A DNA stretch of 63,694 bases, counting the filler, from Chrysochromulina tobinii (lineage: Eukaryota), in assembly GCA_001275005.1 (NCBI GenBank). It is 5 parts of 5 records of this genome, joined end to end, with 100 filler letters (N's around TTAATTAATTAA, not from the genome) between each part and the next. Parts side by side here need not be neighbours in the genome. Positions count along the whole stretch, not along the records: positions 52,157 to 63,694 come from JWZX01000984.1; 4 more parts are not named here. One strand, written 5' to 3'. A model generated the notes under the pieces. It saw nothing but the letters and a program-made list of their open reading frames with translations. It made no database searches and was not told the DNA's origin. Shown here piece after piece: positions 62,141-63,694 of the stretch (the stretch's first letter is position 1; each line of letters begins with the position of its first letter). Position numbers and translations under genes: made by a program.

Positions 62141-63666
62141 TCAGTCATCATCCTCATTCCTCTTCTTCTTCTTCTTCTTGCCCTCACCCTTCTCGTTCTC
62201 TCCGTCCTTCTTCTTCTTGCCCTTCTTCTTCTTCTTCTCCTCCTCCTCCTCCTCGTCGTCGTCGTCGTCCTTCTTCTTCTTGCCCTTCTTCTTCTTCTCG
62301 TCCTCCTCTTCCTCCTCGTCGTCCTCTTCCTCGTCCTTCTTCTTCTTGCCCTTCTCCTTACCCTTCTTGCCGTCCTTGGGAGTGGGACTGTCTTCGAAGT
62401 CGTCGGCAACGGACGGAGAGAAAGGCGAGGCCTCCTCCTGCTCCTGGCTGACCGTTGGCTGCCTGGGCGGGGGCGCGCTCGCTTCCATCCTGGACGACCG
62501 GGCATTGGCGAGCTGCGGCGGCGGCGCGTCGGCGCCGAGGGCGGGGTCAGCTATGTCGACGACGAGCACGTCCTCCTCAGGGTGCACCAAGCCCACGTTG
62601 GCCAATCTGTCGTACAGCGAGTTGCGCCCGGCCATCAGTGCCGACTGGAAGGGTTGAATGACAGGGGGAGCATTGGATAGGTAGTCGGCATTCGCTGGGG
62701 CCGCCACCTTGACAGGCAGCGAGGGCGGCGTGCGCGGCGCCTGTCTGAGCGGCGGCGGCGGCGCGTCCACGCTCTCTGCAACGTCGTCCTTGCCGTTCTC
62801 TCCGAAAGTATCGGCGCTGCTTTGCGTTGTGACCTGTGAGTAGGTAGGCTTCGACTTAACATCTCGTTGGCGCGAGGCGCTCCCGCGCTGGTCCGCGGGC
62901 AGCGGCACGACGAGCGACTCGAGCTGGTGGCGGACAGCGCGGCGCACGCCGATGGAGAGGCCCGTGCAGAAGCAGACGATCAGCGCGAGGATGGCGATGA
63001 GAATAAAGGTCGCCCACGTGCCGTTGGTCAGCGAGACGAGGTGCAAAGTGTCCCACGAGATCATCGCCACCGAGCAGGTGTCGCCGCCGACGAGGCCGAT
63101 CGAGGCGTCGCAGGGCGCCTGCAGGCCGCCCGGGCAGCTGGCGGGCTGGCAGCAGTGGCCAAACGTCGGCGTGGCCGCCGAGACGTTGGTGGGCGTCGAG
63201 AGGGCGCACCAGCCCGCACGCGCCATCACGAGGTTGCCGCCAGGACACGTGGCTCCCTCAGGGCACACGCGGCAGGCGTTGTCCCATCCGTAATAGCCGG
63301 GCTGGCACATGCACGACTGGAGCAGGTAGGAGCCGCTCGAGGCCGTCGTTGCGTACGCGGGGCAGGCGGTACACTGGGCGACGCCCTCGGCGGCGGCGTA
63401 GAAGCCGATCGGGCAGGGTGTGCAGCTCTCCATGGCAGCGAAAGGCGCGTAAGAGCCCAACGGGCACGGAACGCACTGCATCGAGCCGCTATCCATTGTG
63501 AAGCCGGCCTTGCATACGGCCTGGTACGACGCCTGGAAGCCCGCGCCCGGCTCGCCGGCAGCGTTCGTCACGAGCCGCACGAGCATCGTCGGGCCTGTGG
63601 AGGAGATCGACGCAGGCAGCATCGTCCCTGTGATCGTGGCCAGCCGAGGAGAAGCGATCGTGTTAC
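62141..63666 (-). CDS. Last exon of a CUB + TNFR/GCC-type Cys-rich single-pass membrane protein with K/D/E-rich tail
   Basis: CUB end (SSTGPTMLVRLVTN...GFQASY), CVPCPLGSY / CTPCPIGFY / CMCQPGYY repeats, TM WATFILIAILALIVCFCTGLSIGV. Acceptor ttgcag| at 63667. Confidence 0.85.
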
Positions 63667-63694
63667 CTGCAAGTGGCGGAAGTGGAGGGGATGG

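Overview
GC-rich, gene-dense eukaryotic nuclear DNA with short GT-AG introns. It is most likely a haptophyte alga (Chrysochromulina-like); this is inferred from the gene families, bipartite plastid-targeting leaders and repetitive intron motifs. Four identical artificial 100-nt linkers (N44-TTAATTAATTAA-N44) split the window into five contigs, so adjacency across them is unproven. About 35 protein-coding genes or fragments are supportable, including RlmN, scramblase, a TrmA-like methyltransferase/P-loop kinase fusion, LamG-BTB, a DHH exopolyphosphatase, Amt, an IQGAP-like C-terminus, tandem BTB-Kelch, HtrA, filamin-Kelch-LamG, CFAP20-LRR, a receptor-like TKL kinase, an FkbM-type methyltransferase, a vWA surface protein, a sulfotransferase, GT31, PPR-DYW, EF-hand, FYVE and RED/IK. 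No rRNA, tRNA, CRISPR array or autonomous transposon was recognised. There are two main signals. (1) A probably plastid-targeted P-type PPR protein carries an intact DYW-like deaminase domain, the architecture of plant C-to-U RNA editing factors. (2) A pervasive 'direct duplication + filler' insertion process (19-36 bp duplications flanking microsatellite or modular filler) builds spliceosomal introns that contain copies of their own flanking exon sequence and a shared 58-nt acceptor module, and it also rewrites gene C-termini.
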